Source: Clostridia bacterium
Lineage (GTDB): Bacteria; Bacillota; Clostridia; Oscillospirales; CAG-272
NCBI GenBank assembly: GCA_017646005.1
Contig: JAGCNJ010000075.1
Span: 1-54,382 of the forward strand
Length of the DNA stretch: 54,382 nucleotides
Direction: 5' to 3'
In this document: positions 27,001 to 35,044 of the stretch, in pieces
Layout: every line of letters begins with the position of its first letter
Numbering within the stretch: position 1 is the stretch's first letter
Translations under genes and position numbers: made by a program
The notes under the pieces: model-generated
Seen by the model: the letters and a program-made list of their open reading frames with translations, nothing else
Database searches by the model: none
What the model was told of the DNA's origin: nothing

Positions 27001-27094
27001 TTTCGTCCGCAACAGCCGTAAAGCTGAAGCAGGTAACAAGCATCAGAAGTGAGAGTATCGCGGCGATTAACCGTGTTAATCTCGTTCTTTTCAT
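24059..27094 (-). CDS. very large extracellular solute-binding protein: signal peptide, ~500-aa N-terminal region with two beta-sandwich (CBM-like) modules, C-terminal family-1 SBP domain
   Basis: Preferred start MKRTRLTRLIAAILSLLMLVTCFSF (ATG 27094, GGAGG 8 nt upstream); the track ORF starts at 27112. CBM-like stretches: VTWKVNFEKTGKYAVRIYY and GQWIEYSFTCEESGLYYIAPRF. SBP part: YGIPETMSFSMMFYRKDVFAELGLDIPRTWDEL. Confidence 0.85.
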   Translation of the reverse strand: MKRTRLTRLIAAILSLLMLVTCFSFTAVADETEQPAEKVMSYDIEEVKALLNALTYTEYTARNARVPKATSTVVVNAVDYDAELTDAAVEVVKDYNGEDGEALFLPSDGSVTWKVNFEKTGKYAVRIYYTSTGNQKSTSIERACLIDGEYPFKGLRYLTLTKNWVSTVFDPETALSETENGLRVAEDGSFVFQTDINGNDIKPNLYEAPEWKYYTFNDSTGYDVYPYEIVFTEGEHTFALEAARDEMVVKTIEFFPLESAKSYVEVTEEYAKKGYTSAAGEAIKIEAELPDAVSDRTIYPVNDRTSAITSPQHAAKTKMNAIGGTKWQSVGQWIEYSFTCEESGLYYIAPRFKQSDLSGIYVTRRLYINDEIPFDEANYCQFNYVDEWQAAPLGDGNTTFQFYFEEGKEYTLKFEVALGHVGDILEEASNSMSSMNSDYLKILQITGADPDVYRDYNFNVLIPEIIKDLYNQSQVLTGISDTLVEISGEKSSNSASLANISRTLYKMATDEDEVARNLSTMKSYIGTLGTWINSSQNQPLYFDYISICPVDNEKGMPKAKASFLESAGYELSSFFNSFFTDYSNLGATREIDKDDVVEVWISGGRDQAQIVRGLIDNKFTNETNIGVNLKLIAAGTLLPATLSGAGPAISLTNGQGDPIQYAIRNAVVKLNDFDTFDEVVSRFDKAAMVPLTLYGDTYGIPETMSFSMMFYRKDVFAELGLDIPRTWDELMAIVPILQYNNMEVGIPSSSGGLNLLLYQMGGEVYADDGMRIGYDSNISLEAFDTMCSYFTNYGFPVTYDFANRFRTGELPLGFSDYVGSYNQLTIFATEIRDLWEFVPLLGYEDENGVIHNDSLTAVAPMMMMAGIKDEETKQKAWDFMDWFVTADIQAAYANEVVATIGQGAMYATANIEALESLPWATSDYNNIMEQFKSLSAVPEYPGGYIIARYTNFAFLDAYNNSADPVEALLGYIDDINKEITRKREEFDLETLELGETLAEKRAREAAEGTKE

Positions 27095-27361
27095 AAAAAT
27101 TCCTCCTGCCAAGATACTTTGAAGAGAATCTGGTCAAACTTTGAAATCAAATATACCAAGCCGGTCCGGACATCGCGCACACGCGCGTATGTGTGTCACT
27201 CGTACACGACCGTCCCTGCATTTTGCCTCACAGCAGAAAACAAAAGCCAATCTCACGTGCATTTCCCGAGGCTTATTTCGCACATATGAGATAAGCTTTT
27301 TCACTTTCGCCGCAAAGCCGTTTTTGCACAGCTTGTCAGCATACTTGATTTACATATTATT

Positions 27362-27390
27362 ATAATACCACATCGGAAAATAAATGTCAA
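27362..27390 (-). promoter_or_regulatory. candidate sigma-A promoter of the seven-gene ABC operon (implies a ~255-nt 5' UTR)
   Basis: Minus strand reads TTGACA (27390-27385), a 17-nt spacer, then TGGTATTAT extended -10 (TATTAT 27367-27362). Confidence 0.55.
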
Positions 27391-27736
27391 TACAAACAAA
27401 AGATATTAAATCTGCCACACTTCGCCGAAAGGCGACAAAGTACACACTTTCCGATGTTTTATCTGGCCTTTTTTTCTCTTTGTCACATTTGACGTTTTTT
27501 GAAATGTTACCAAGAAACCTTGTCAGTAATTAAAATTTACCTCATTTTTCTTGTTTAACCAGCGTTTTCTGGTATTTTTTCTCGCAAAATACGTTTTGGT
27601 AATTATTATTTACTATTTTTCAAGAAAAAAATTAAGATTTTTCCGTCTTTTTCCATATTTGTGTTTCGTCATTATGCACAAATTTGATGATATTTTTTCT
27701 ACATATGCGCAATTTGCACAAATAACAAAAATCAAA

Positions 27737-27769
27737 ACCGCGACGGGCGTTCCTTGCGCCTGTCGCGGT
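27737..27769 (-). terminator. intrinsic terminator of the nifS-nifU unit
   Basis: Minus strand reads ACCGCGACAGGCG-CAAGGAA-CGCCCGTCGCGGT followed by TTTTGATTTTTG, 20 nt after the nifU stop. Confidence 0.8.
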
Positions 27770-27789
27770 CTGTTTCGGGTATATTTGTA

Positions 27790-28221
27790 TTATGCGTCAT
27801 GCTTGCCGCAGCTGTGGCAATGTCCGTCGCATCCTACGTTAATATTGTGCTTGATTCCATTATTGTCGTAATAGTTGGCGATTGCGCTCTTTACAGCCTC
27901 TTCGGCAAGCACTGAGCAGTGTATCTTCGCCGGCGGAAGTCCGTCAAGCGCTTCAATAACCGCCTTATTTGTAAGCTCAAGCGCTTCCGATACCTTCTTG
28001 CCTTTTATCATTTCGGTAGCCATACTGCTTGTAGCTATAGCCGCACCGCATCCGAATGTTTTGAACTTCACGTCAACTATCACGTCATTTTCAATTTTAA
28101 GGAATATCTTCATTATATCTCCGCAAACGGCATTGCCTACTTCACCTATGCCGTCCGCATTTTCGATCTCACCAACGTTACGGGGATCGGAAAAATGGTC
28201 CATGACCTTTTCGCTGTACAT
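27790..28221 (-). CDS. nifU: Fe-S cluster assembly scaffold (NifU/IscU N-terminal-domain type) with a Cys/His-rich tail
   Basis: 143 aa. GNAVCGD, FKTFGCGAAIATSS and HCSVLAEEA scaffold cysteines. C-terminal GCDGHCHSCGKHDA. Confidence 0.9.
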   Translation of the reverse strand: MYSEKVMDHFSDPRNVGEIENADGIGEVGNAVCGDIMKIFLKIENDVIVDVKFKTFGCGAAIATSSMATEMIKGKKVSEALELTNKAVIEALDGLPPAKIHCSVLAEEAVKSAIANYYDNNGIKHNINVGCDGHCHSCGKHDA

Positions 28222-28244
28222 ATATTTACCTCCGTTTTATTATA

Positions 28245-29417
28245 TTATTTTCCGGGATATATCGGGCTCATATCCCTGAGTCTTTGTACTATACCCGGCA
28301 ATACCTCGAGAATATAATCAACGTCCTCTTCGGTGTTATCGCGTCCGAGCGAAAGTCTGAGCGAGCCGTGAGCCACCTCGACCGGCACGCCGATTGAAAG
28401 AAGCACGTGTGAGGGCTCAAGCGAATTTGACGAGCACGCAGAGCCTGTCGACGACGCTATTCCTGCACGGTCGAGAAGCAGAAGCATACTTTCGCCCTCA
28501 ATAAATTCAAAGGCTACGTTTACGTTACCCGCAAGCCTGTGCTCAAACGTGCCGTTGACTCTCGTATATGGGATCTTCTCAACTATTCCCTTCACAAGTC
28601 TGTCTCTCATTTTTTCAATACGCGGTACATCTGCAAGATTCTTATCAGCAAGCTCAATAGCCTTTGCAAGCCCCGCTATATACGCTACGTTTTCGGTACC
28701 GCCGCGACGACTTCTTTCCTGCCCGCCGCCGTCCACGAACGTGTGAACACGCGCGCCTGTTCTGATATAAAGTCCGCCGATGCCCTTGGGTGCGTGGATC
28801 TTATGTCCCGAAAGACTGAGCATGTCCACTCCAAGCTCATGGATATTTATCTTTACGTTACCGAGCGCCTGTACTGCATCGGTAAAGACAAGTATTCTCT
28901 TGTCATAAGCCTTTACAGCTTCTGTTATCTCGCGTATCGGCTCTATCGTACCGATCTCATTGTTTGCATACATCACCGCAACGAGAGTGGTGTCCTCTCT
29001 GAGTGCCGCAACGATGCTTTCGGGCGAAATAATACCATCCTTATCGGGCGAAACGTAGGTTACCTCAAAGCCCTCTTTTTCGAGCGCTCTCATCGTATGA
29101 AGCACTGCGTGATGCTCGATCTTTGTGGTAACAAGGTGCTTGCCGCGCGATACGTTTGCACGAGCTGCACCCTTTATAGCCCAGTTATCCGATTCCGTTC
29201 CGCATGAGGTAAAGAAGAATTCGGTCGGCTTGCATCCGAGCACCTCTGCGATCCTTTCTCTGGAAGCATCTACGATACGCTTTGCCTCTCTGCCCTTTGA
29301 ATAAAGGCTTGAAGGATTACCGTAAAGCTCTCCGAACGCCGGCATCATAGCCTCAAGCACCTCGGGATATACGGGCGTTGTAGCCGAATTGTCGGCATAA
29401 ACAAATCTTTTTTCCAT
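28245..29417 (-). CDS. nifS: cysteine desulfurase (NifS type, PLP-dependent)
   Basis: 390 aa. [10 protein letters not shown]-terminus, [20 protein letters not shown]-lysine motif, SSTGSACSS active-site loop. Confidence 0.9.
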   Translation of the reverse strand: MEKRFVYADNSATTPVYPEVLEAMMPAFGELYGNPSSLYSKGREAKRIVDASRERIAEVLGCKPTEFFFTSCGTESDNWAIKGAARANVSRGKHLVTTKIEHHAVLHTMRALEKEGFEVTYVSPDKDGIISPESIVAALREDTTLVAVMYANNEIGTIEPIREITEAVKAYDKRILVFTDAVQALGNVKINIHELGVDMLSLSGHKIHAPKGIGGLYIRTGARVHTFVDGGGQERSRRGGTENVAYIAGLAKAIELADKNLADVPRIEKMRDRLVKGIVEKIPYTRVNGTFEHRLAGNVNVAFEFIEGESMLLLLDRAGIASSTGSACSSNSLEPSHVLLSIGVPVEVAHGSLRLSLGRDNTEEDVDYILEVLPGIVQRLRDMSPIYPGK

Positions 29418-29464
29418 TATTTATATGACCATGCCTTTCGATTAAACAGATCTGCGCGCCGATT

Positions 29465-29908
29465 TCACATCAGCGCCGCCGCTTCAGCTCCCGCCACCGC
29501 GAGTCTGTCACAGCGTTCATTATATATGTGTCCCGCGTGTCCTTTAACCCACACAAAGCTTACCTTATGGTAATCGATCAAGGCAAGCAATTCGGTCCAC
29601 AGCTCTACGTTGAGCGCAGGAGATTTATCCGCCTTACGCCATCCGTTTTTCTGCCAGGAATAGACCCAGCCCTTTTCAATCGAGTCTATAAGGTACTTGG
29701 AGTCCGAATACAAAGTGACCTCACAGGGTTCCCTTAACATTTTAAGTCCGTTTATAGCGGCTAAAAGCTCCATACGGTTATTCGTCGTATGCTTGTCTCC
29801 GCCGGATATTTCCTTTTCTCTTCCGTTATAAACGAGTATAGCTCCGTATCCGCCCGGACCGGGATTATTCTTGCACGCGCCGTCGGTATATATATCAACG
29901 TGTTTCAA
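29465..29908 (-). CDS. rnhA: ribonuclease HI
   Basis: 147 aa, TTG start with GGAGG upstream. [35 protein letters not shown]. Confidence 0.9.
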   Translation of the reverse strand: MKHVDIYTDGACKNNPGPGGYGAILVYNGREKEISGGDKHTTNNRMELLAAINGLKMLREPCEVTLYSDSKYLIDSIEKGWVYSWQKNGWRKADKSPALNVELWTELLALIDYHKVSFVWVKGHAGHIYNERCDRLAVAGAEAAALM

Positions 29909-29924
29909 TATAAGCCTCCGAAAA

Positions 29925-31022
29925 TCAAACGTTAAATCTGAACAGTACGATATCGCCGTCGCAGATAACGTAGTCCTTACCCTCGCTCCTGATAAGTCCC
30001 TTTTCCTTTGCGGTATTCATAGAGCCGTCGCAGGCAACGAGCTCGTCAAAGCCTATTACCTCGGCGCGGATAAAGCCGCGTTCAAAGTCGCTGTGTATCT
30101 TTCCTGCCGCCTGAGGAGCCTTTGTTCCCTCGGTAATAGTCCAAGCGCGCACCTCTTTGGGTCCTGCGGTAAGGTAACTGATGAGTCCAAGCAAGGAATA
30201 GCTTGCCCTGATAAGCTTATCAAGACCGCTTTCGTTTATACCAAGCTCTTCAAGAAACATCTTTTTTTCATCAGCCTCAAGCTCTGAAATTTCCTCTTCG
30301 ATCTTGGAGCATACGGGCATTATCTGCGCGTGCTCATCCGCAACAGCCGCCTTGAGAGCGTTATAGAAGGGGTTTGCATCGCATCCGTTTACAGCATCAT
30401 CCTCGGACACGTTTGCCGCATATATCACAGGCTTGTCCGAAAGGAGTCTTAACTCATTCATAACGAGTGCTTCCTCGTCGCTTCTTTCAACAGATCTTGC
30501 ACTCTTGCCGTTTGAAAGCACCTCAAGCACACGCTTTAAGAATTCGAGCTCACCCGCAAGAGTCTTATCGCCCTTCATAGCCTTCGTGGTACGGTCTATC
30601 CTGCGCTCTACGATCTCAATATCCGAAAGGATAAGCTCCATATTGATTATGTCAAGATCGCGCACCGGATCAATGCTTCCGTCCACGTGGATGATATCGT
30701 CATTTTCAAAGCATCTTACAACGTGGATTATAGCATCCACCTCACGGATATGCGAAAGGAACTTGTTTCCGAGCCCCTCCCCCTGAGAGGCACCCTTTAC
30801 AAGACCTGCAATATCCACAAATTCAATTATTGCGGGAGTATACTTTTCGGGATTATATATATCGCTGAGATAATCGAGTCTGCTATCCGGCACCGATACT
30901 ATACCCACGTTAGGGTCGATAGTACAGAAGGGATAGTTTGCAGACTGCGCACCTGCACCGGTCAACGCATTGAAAAGAGTACTTTTACCGACGTTGGGAA
31001 GTCCGACTATACCAAGCTTCAT
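29925..31022 (-). CDS. ychF: redox-regulated ATPase YchF
   Basis: 365 aa. [22 protein letters not shown]1 motif, TGS-like C-terminus (GFIRAEV). Confidence 0.95.
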   Translation of the reverse strand: MKLGIVGLPNVGKSTLFNALTGAGAQSANYPFCTIDPNVGIVSVPDSRLDYLSDIYNPEKYTPAIIEFVDIAGLVKGASQGEGLGNKFLSHIREVDAIIHVVRCFENDDIIHVDGSIDPVRDLDIINMELILSDIEIVERRIDRTTKAMKGDKTLAGELEFLKRVLEVLSNGKSARSVERSDEEALVMNELRLLSDKPVIYAANVSEDDAVNGCDANPFYNALKAAVADEHAQIMPVCSKIEEEISELEADEKKMFLEELGINESGLDKLIRASYSLLGLISYLTAGPKEVRAWTITEGTKAPQAAGKIHSDFERGFIRAEVIGFDELVACDGSMNTAKEKGLIRSEGKDYVICDGDIVLFRFNV

Positions 31023-31224
31023 TTAATGCTCCATTCCGCCGCTTTTGCGGCACACCAAGTCAAAAATTAAAGATACATTATATTATATAACAATTTTCCG
31101 ATAAAATCAATATCAAAATAAACAATTTTTTGACAATTTTAAAGTAATTTACCTACAATCGGAACATCTTTGTTTTTTCGCGCCGGTTTCACCTCTTTTT
31201 CATGTAAAATTCAGACAGGTGCTA

Positions 31225-31253
31225 TTGACAACGGCGAATGGATATGTTATAAT
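31225..31253 (+). promoter_or_regulatory. sigma-A promoter for the response regulator gene
   Basis: TTGACA (31225-31230), 17-nt spacer, TATAAT (31248-31253); consensus in both hexamers. Confidence 0.65.
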
Positions 31254-31323
31254 GTGAACATAAGCATATTTTTGTCAAAGTTAATATTTATAATTCATTA
31301 TTTACGAGAAAGGACGTATAAAA

Positions 31324-32016
31324 ATGGCAACAAAAATACTTGTTATCGACGATGATATAAACATTTGCGATCTGCTCAGAATGTATTTTGAAAACGAGGG
31401 ATATGATGTAAAAATTGCCAACGACGGCGAGGAAGGACTTAACGCTTTCAAGACCTTCGAGCCCGATCTTGTGCTTTTGGACCTCATGCTCCCCAAGAAG
31501 GACGGCAACCAGGTATGCCGCGAGATAAGAGAGATCTCCTCGAAGCCGATTATTATGCTCACAGCAAAGAGCGAGGTTTTCGACAAGGTGCTCGGTCTTG
31601 AACTCGGTGCCGACGACTTTATCGTAAAGCCCTTTGAAACAAAAGAGCTTTCGGCAAGAGTAAAGGCTGTACTCAGACGCTGCAACTCGCACGAAAGCAA
31701 GGATGAATTCGTTGTTGTCAAGTATGACAATATCGAGATCAGCCTCGAAAAGTACGAGCTTAAGCTCAAGGGCAAGAGCGTAGATATCCCCCCCAAGGAG
31801 CTTGAGCTTCTCTTCTTCCTTGCATCCAACTGTGACCGCGTATTCACACGTGATCAGCTTCTTGACAAGGTATGGGGCTTTGATTACCTCGGCGACTCCA
31901 GAACCGTTGACGTTCACGTCAAAAGGCTCCGCGAAAAGATCGAGGGGATTTCGGATAAGTGGACACTTCGCACCGTATGGGGCGTCGGCTACAAGTTCGA
32001 GCTTTTACACGATTAA
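31324..32016 (+). CDS. OmpR/PhoB-family response regulator
   Basis: 230 aa. Receiver domain (ILVIDDD, LVLLDLMLP, LTAK) and winged-helix C-terminus (TVDVHVKRLREKI ... VWGVGYKF). Confidence 0.9.
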   Translation: MATKILVIDDDINICDLLRMYFENEGYDVKIANDGEEGLNAFKTFEPDLVLLDLMLPKKDGNQVCREIREISSKPIIMLTAKSEVFDKVLGLELGADDFIVKPFETKELSARVKAVLRRCNSHESKDEFVVVKYDNIEISLEKYELKLKGKSVDIPPKELELLFFLASNCDRVFTRDQLLDKVWGFDYLGDSRTVDVHVKRLREKIEGISDKWTLRTVWGVGYKFELLHD

Positions 32017-32030
32017 AATAACAAGGCAAA

Positions 32031-32064
32031 AGAGGAAACGGGGCTGCCGTTTCCTCTTTTTTTA
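32031..32064 (+). terminator. strong intrinsic terminator between the response-regulator and kinase genes
   Basis: AGAGGAAACGG-GGCTG-CCGTTTCCTCT (11-bp perfect stem) followed by TTTTTTT. Confidence 0.8.
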
Positions 32065-32082
32065 TATATTTGCGTATATTTA

Positions 32083-32111
32083 TTGATTTAATGAAGATTT
32101 TGTGCTACAAT
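32083..32111 (+). promoter_or_regulatory. candidate separate promoter for the histidine kinase gene
   Basis: TTGATT (32083-32088), 17-nt spacer, TGCTACAAT extended -10 (TACAAT 32106-32111). Confidence 0.5.
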
Positions 32112-32146
32112 ATGTTATGTATAGTTATAAACCGGAGATAATGACG

Positions 32147-33640
32147 ATGTTCAAAAGCGTATTCACAAAATATATTTCAGCCTTTATACTGATACTTTTC
32201 GTGAGCTTTACAATACTTGCGACAGTTTTAGGCTCTACCGTAAATAATTACGCGCAAAGCCAGAAATCAGACTCAATCGTAAAGGTTGCCGACACTGTGC
32301 TTGGCTTTATGTACTGGCGTGACGGAAACGGAAGTGATTCCCTGTCGGTCAACAGCTTCAACGATTATATAAAGGAAAACCGTGAAACCTTACTCGGCGT
32401 AATCTACGCGCTTGATGAGTACACCGAAGATATCAACACATATATAACCGATGCGGCAGGAAACGTACTTTTGCAAAACGAAAGCTTTTCCGAGCACGAC
32501 GAGAGCGAATATTCACTCAAAAAGCTTCCCGCCGATATCATTGAGCTTGTAAAGGAAAACGGCTCGTTTTCCGGCACAGGCACTCTGATGGGAGCCAACT
32601 CACCCAAGCATCTGATATACGCCTTGCCGATAAGCAATTATTCAAATCCTACCTGCGGTGTGCTTTTTGTCTGCACCTCAAATTTTTCACTTCCCGAGCT
32701 TAACAGGAGCATGATAAGAACCGTAATCATGACCTGCTTATGGATACTTCTTGCTACGATGATCGCGGTATATTTCATAAGCGAGCGCATTACAAGGCCG
32801 CTTAAATATATGAACCGCGCCGCAAAAAGCTTCGCAAACGGACACTTCGACGTGCGCGTGCCGGTCACGGGCAAGGACGAGATCTCCGATCTTGCGATCG
32901 CATTCAACTCCATGGCAGGCTCACTTTCAAACAGCGATGAGCTGCGCAGATCCTTCCTTGCAAACGTATCCCATGATTTAAGGACACCGATGACGACAAT
33001 ATCCGGATTCATTGACGGAATTATCGACGGCACCATCCCTAAAGACAAGCACGAATACTACCTTGACGTTATAAGGACCGAGGTAAGACGTCTTTCAAGA
33101 CTTGTAAGCTCACTTCTTGACATCACACGAATACAGGCGGGCGAGCGCAAATTCACTAAATCTGCATTTGACATATGCGAAATGGCGCGTATCATCCTCA
33201 TAGGCTTTGAGCAAAAGATTGAAGAAAAGAAGCTTGACGTCGAGTTTATCTGCGACAATGACAAAATGTTTGCTTGGGCAGACAGGGATGCGATATATCA
33301 GATACTTTACAATATCTGCGACAATGCGGTGAAATTCTCAGGCGAGGGCGCAAAATACCGCATTACCATAACCGAAAAGAACAAGAAAATATACGTCAGC
33401 GTATACAACGAGGGGCAGGGTATCAAGGAAGAGGAGCTCGCCTTCGTATTCGAGCGTTTTTATAAAAGCGACAAGAGCCGCGGTCTTGACAAGACAGGCG
33501 TCGGACTCGGTATGTATATAGCAAAGACAATAATCGACGCTCACGAGGAAAGCATCAGCGTAGAGAGTGAATACGGCAGATACTGTGAGTTTACTTTCAC
33601 GCTTCCCTACATCAGAGAAGCCGAGATAAGCAAAAAATAA
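32147..33640 (+). CDS. membrane sensor histidine kinase (2 TM, extracytoplasmic domain, HAMP, HisKA, HATPase_c)
   Basis: H-box FLANVSHDLRTPMT, N-box ILYNICDNAVKF, G-boxes DKTGVGLGMYIAK. ATG at 32147 (MFKSVF) sits 8 nt after GGAGA. The track ORF starts at 32102. Confidence 0.9.
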   Translation: MFKSVFTKYISAFILILFVSFTILATVLGSTVNNYAQSQKSDSIVKVADTVLGFMYWRDGNGSDSLSVNSFNDYIKENRETLLGVIYALDEYTEDINTYITDAAGNVLLQNESFSEHDESEYSLKKLPADIIELVKENGSFSGTGTLMGANSPKHLIYALPISNYSNPTCGVLFVCTSNFSLPELNRSMIRTVIMTCLWILLATMIAVYFISERITRPLKYMNRAAKSFANGHFDVRVPVTGKDEISDLAIAFNSMAGSLSNSDELRRSFLANVSHDLRTPMTTISGFIDGIIDGTIPKDKHEYYLDVIRTEVRRLSRLVSSLLDITRIQAGERKFTKSAFDICEMARIILIGFEQKIEEKKLDVEFICDNDKMFAWADRDAIYQILYNICDNAVKFSGEGAKYRITITEKNKKIYVSVYNEGQGIKEEELAFVFERFYKSDKSRGLDKTGVGLGMYIAKTIIDAHEESISVESEYGRYCEFTFTLPYIREAEISKK

Positions 33641-33646
33641 TTTACT

Positions 33647-35044
33647 TTGGACAAGATTATGAAAAACAACAAAACTGTATTTGAATGCGCCGAATGCGGT
33701 GCAAGCTTTTCAAAATGGTTTGGCAAATGCACAGTATGCGGTGCGTGGAATTCGGCTGTGGAAGCCGAAAAGGAGCTTGAAAAGGCTGAAAAAGCGGCAA
33801 AGATCAAGCGCGTTGCTCCCGTATACGAAAACGAGATCGTAAAATTCGATGAATATGAGGTCGGCGACACGGCGCGCGAGCTCACCGGAATGGGAGAGCT
33901 TGACCGTGTGCTTGGCGGCGGACTCGTCGCAGGCTCGGTCGTGCTTCTCGCAGGTGAGCCGGGTATCGGAAAGTCAACGCTTCTTTTGCAGATATGCAAA
34001 ACCCTCGCAAGCGGCGGAAGAAAGGTTTTGTACGTATCGGGCGAGGAATCGCGCGATCAGATAAAGCTCAGGGCAAAGCGCCTTGAGGGTGTCGAGGATG
34101 CAAAAAGCCTTTATCTCCTTACCGACACAAACGTATCCGGCATAATCGAAAAGGCGGATAAATTATCCCCCGATATTATGATCATCGACTCAATACAGAC
34201 AATCTACAGCGAAGCCGTAGCATCCGCTCCCGGAAGCATCGCACAGGTACGCGAATGCGCTCTTTCCTTTATAAACAAGGCGAAAAACGAGGGCATATCC
34301 ATCATCCTCGTTGGTCACGTCAACAAGGAGGGCTCTATTGCGGGCCCGAAGGTGCTTGAGCATATGGTTGACGCCGTGCTTTATTTTGAGGGGGAAAAGA
34401 TACGCTCCTACAGAATGATACGCGCCATCAAAAACCGCTATGGCTCAACCAATGAGATCGGACTTTTCGAAATGACCGATTCGGGTCTTGCCGAAGTCCC
34501 CAACCCTTCCGAAATGCTGCTTTCAGACAGAAGAGAAGGCGTTTCGGGAAGCTGTGCCGTTTGCGTTGTGGAGGGCACGCGCCCGGTCATCGCGGAAATA
34601 CAGGCACTTGTCACGTCTACGGCATTCCCCTCTCCAAGGCGCACCTCCAACGGTGTCGATTACAACCGTGCCTGCTTACTCATCGCCGTGCTTGAAAAAA
34701 GACTGGGATTTAAGTTTTATACAAGCGACGTGTATCTCAACGTCATCGGCGGACTCAGACTCGACGAGCCTGCATCCGACCTTGCGGTGGCACTTGCGTT
34801 AATTTCGGGCATACGCGATCTTCCGGTTGAAAGCGGACTTATCGCTATCGGAGAGGTCGGACTTTCGGGTGAGGTAAGGGCTGTCAGCGAAATAGAAAAG
34901 CGCATCTCCGAGGCATCCCGACTCGGCTTTACAAAGATACTTTTACCCTATCGCAACATGGAAAAGCTCAAGGGCAAAAAATACGGCAACGTTGAGCTTA
35001 TCCCCGTAAAGAGCATTTTCGAAGCTCTTCCTTATGTAAAATAA
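33647..35044 (+). CDS. radA: DNA repair protein RadA
   Basis: Zinc ribbon CAECGASFSKWFGKCTVCGAWNS, Walker A GEPGIGKST, KNRYG motif, Lon-like C-terminus. The start may be TTG 33647 or ATG 33659. Confidence 0.95.
   Translation: MDKIMKNNKTVFECAECGASFSKWFGKCTVCGAWNSAVEAEKELEKAEKAAKIKRVAPVYENEIVKFDEYEVGDTARELTGMGELDRVLGGGLVAGSVVLLAGEPGIGKSTLLLQICKTLASGGRKVLYVSGEESRDQIKLRAKRLEGVEDAKSLYLLTDTNVSGIIEKADKLSPDIMIIDSIQTIYSEAVASAPGSIAQVRECALSFINKAKNEGISIILVGHVNKEGSIAGPKVLEHMVDAVLYFEGEKIRSYRMIRAIKNRYGSTNEIGLFEMTDSGLAEVPNPSEMLLSDRREGVSGSCAVCVVEGTRPVIAEIQALVTSTAFPSPRRTSNGVDYNRACLLIAVLEKRLGFKFYTSDVYLNVIGGLRLDEPASDLAVALALISGIRDLPVESGLIAIGEVGLSGEVRAVSEIEKRISEASRLGFTKILLPYRNMEKLKGKKYGNVELIPVKSIFEALPYVK

Noticed and set aside
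27141-27365. 74-aa ORF in the long intergenic region. A second one, 106 aa, lies at 27551-27871.
   Set aside because: Neither has an SD and both have low-complexity composition. The second runs through the nifU terminator into the 3' end of nifU on the opposite strand. The region is better read as promoter and leader DNA for the ABC operon.
27790-27850. Cys/His-rich C-terminal tail (GCDGHCHSCGKHDA) on the NifU/IscU scaffold.
   Set aside because: Short metal-binding tails on clostridial NifU-type scaffolds are, to my recollection, common. Nothing here suggests a new function without a comparative survey.
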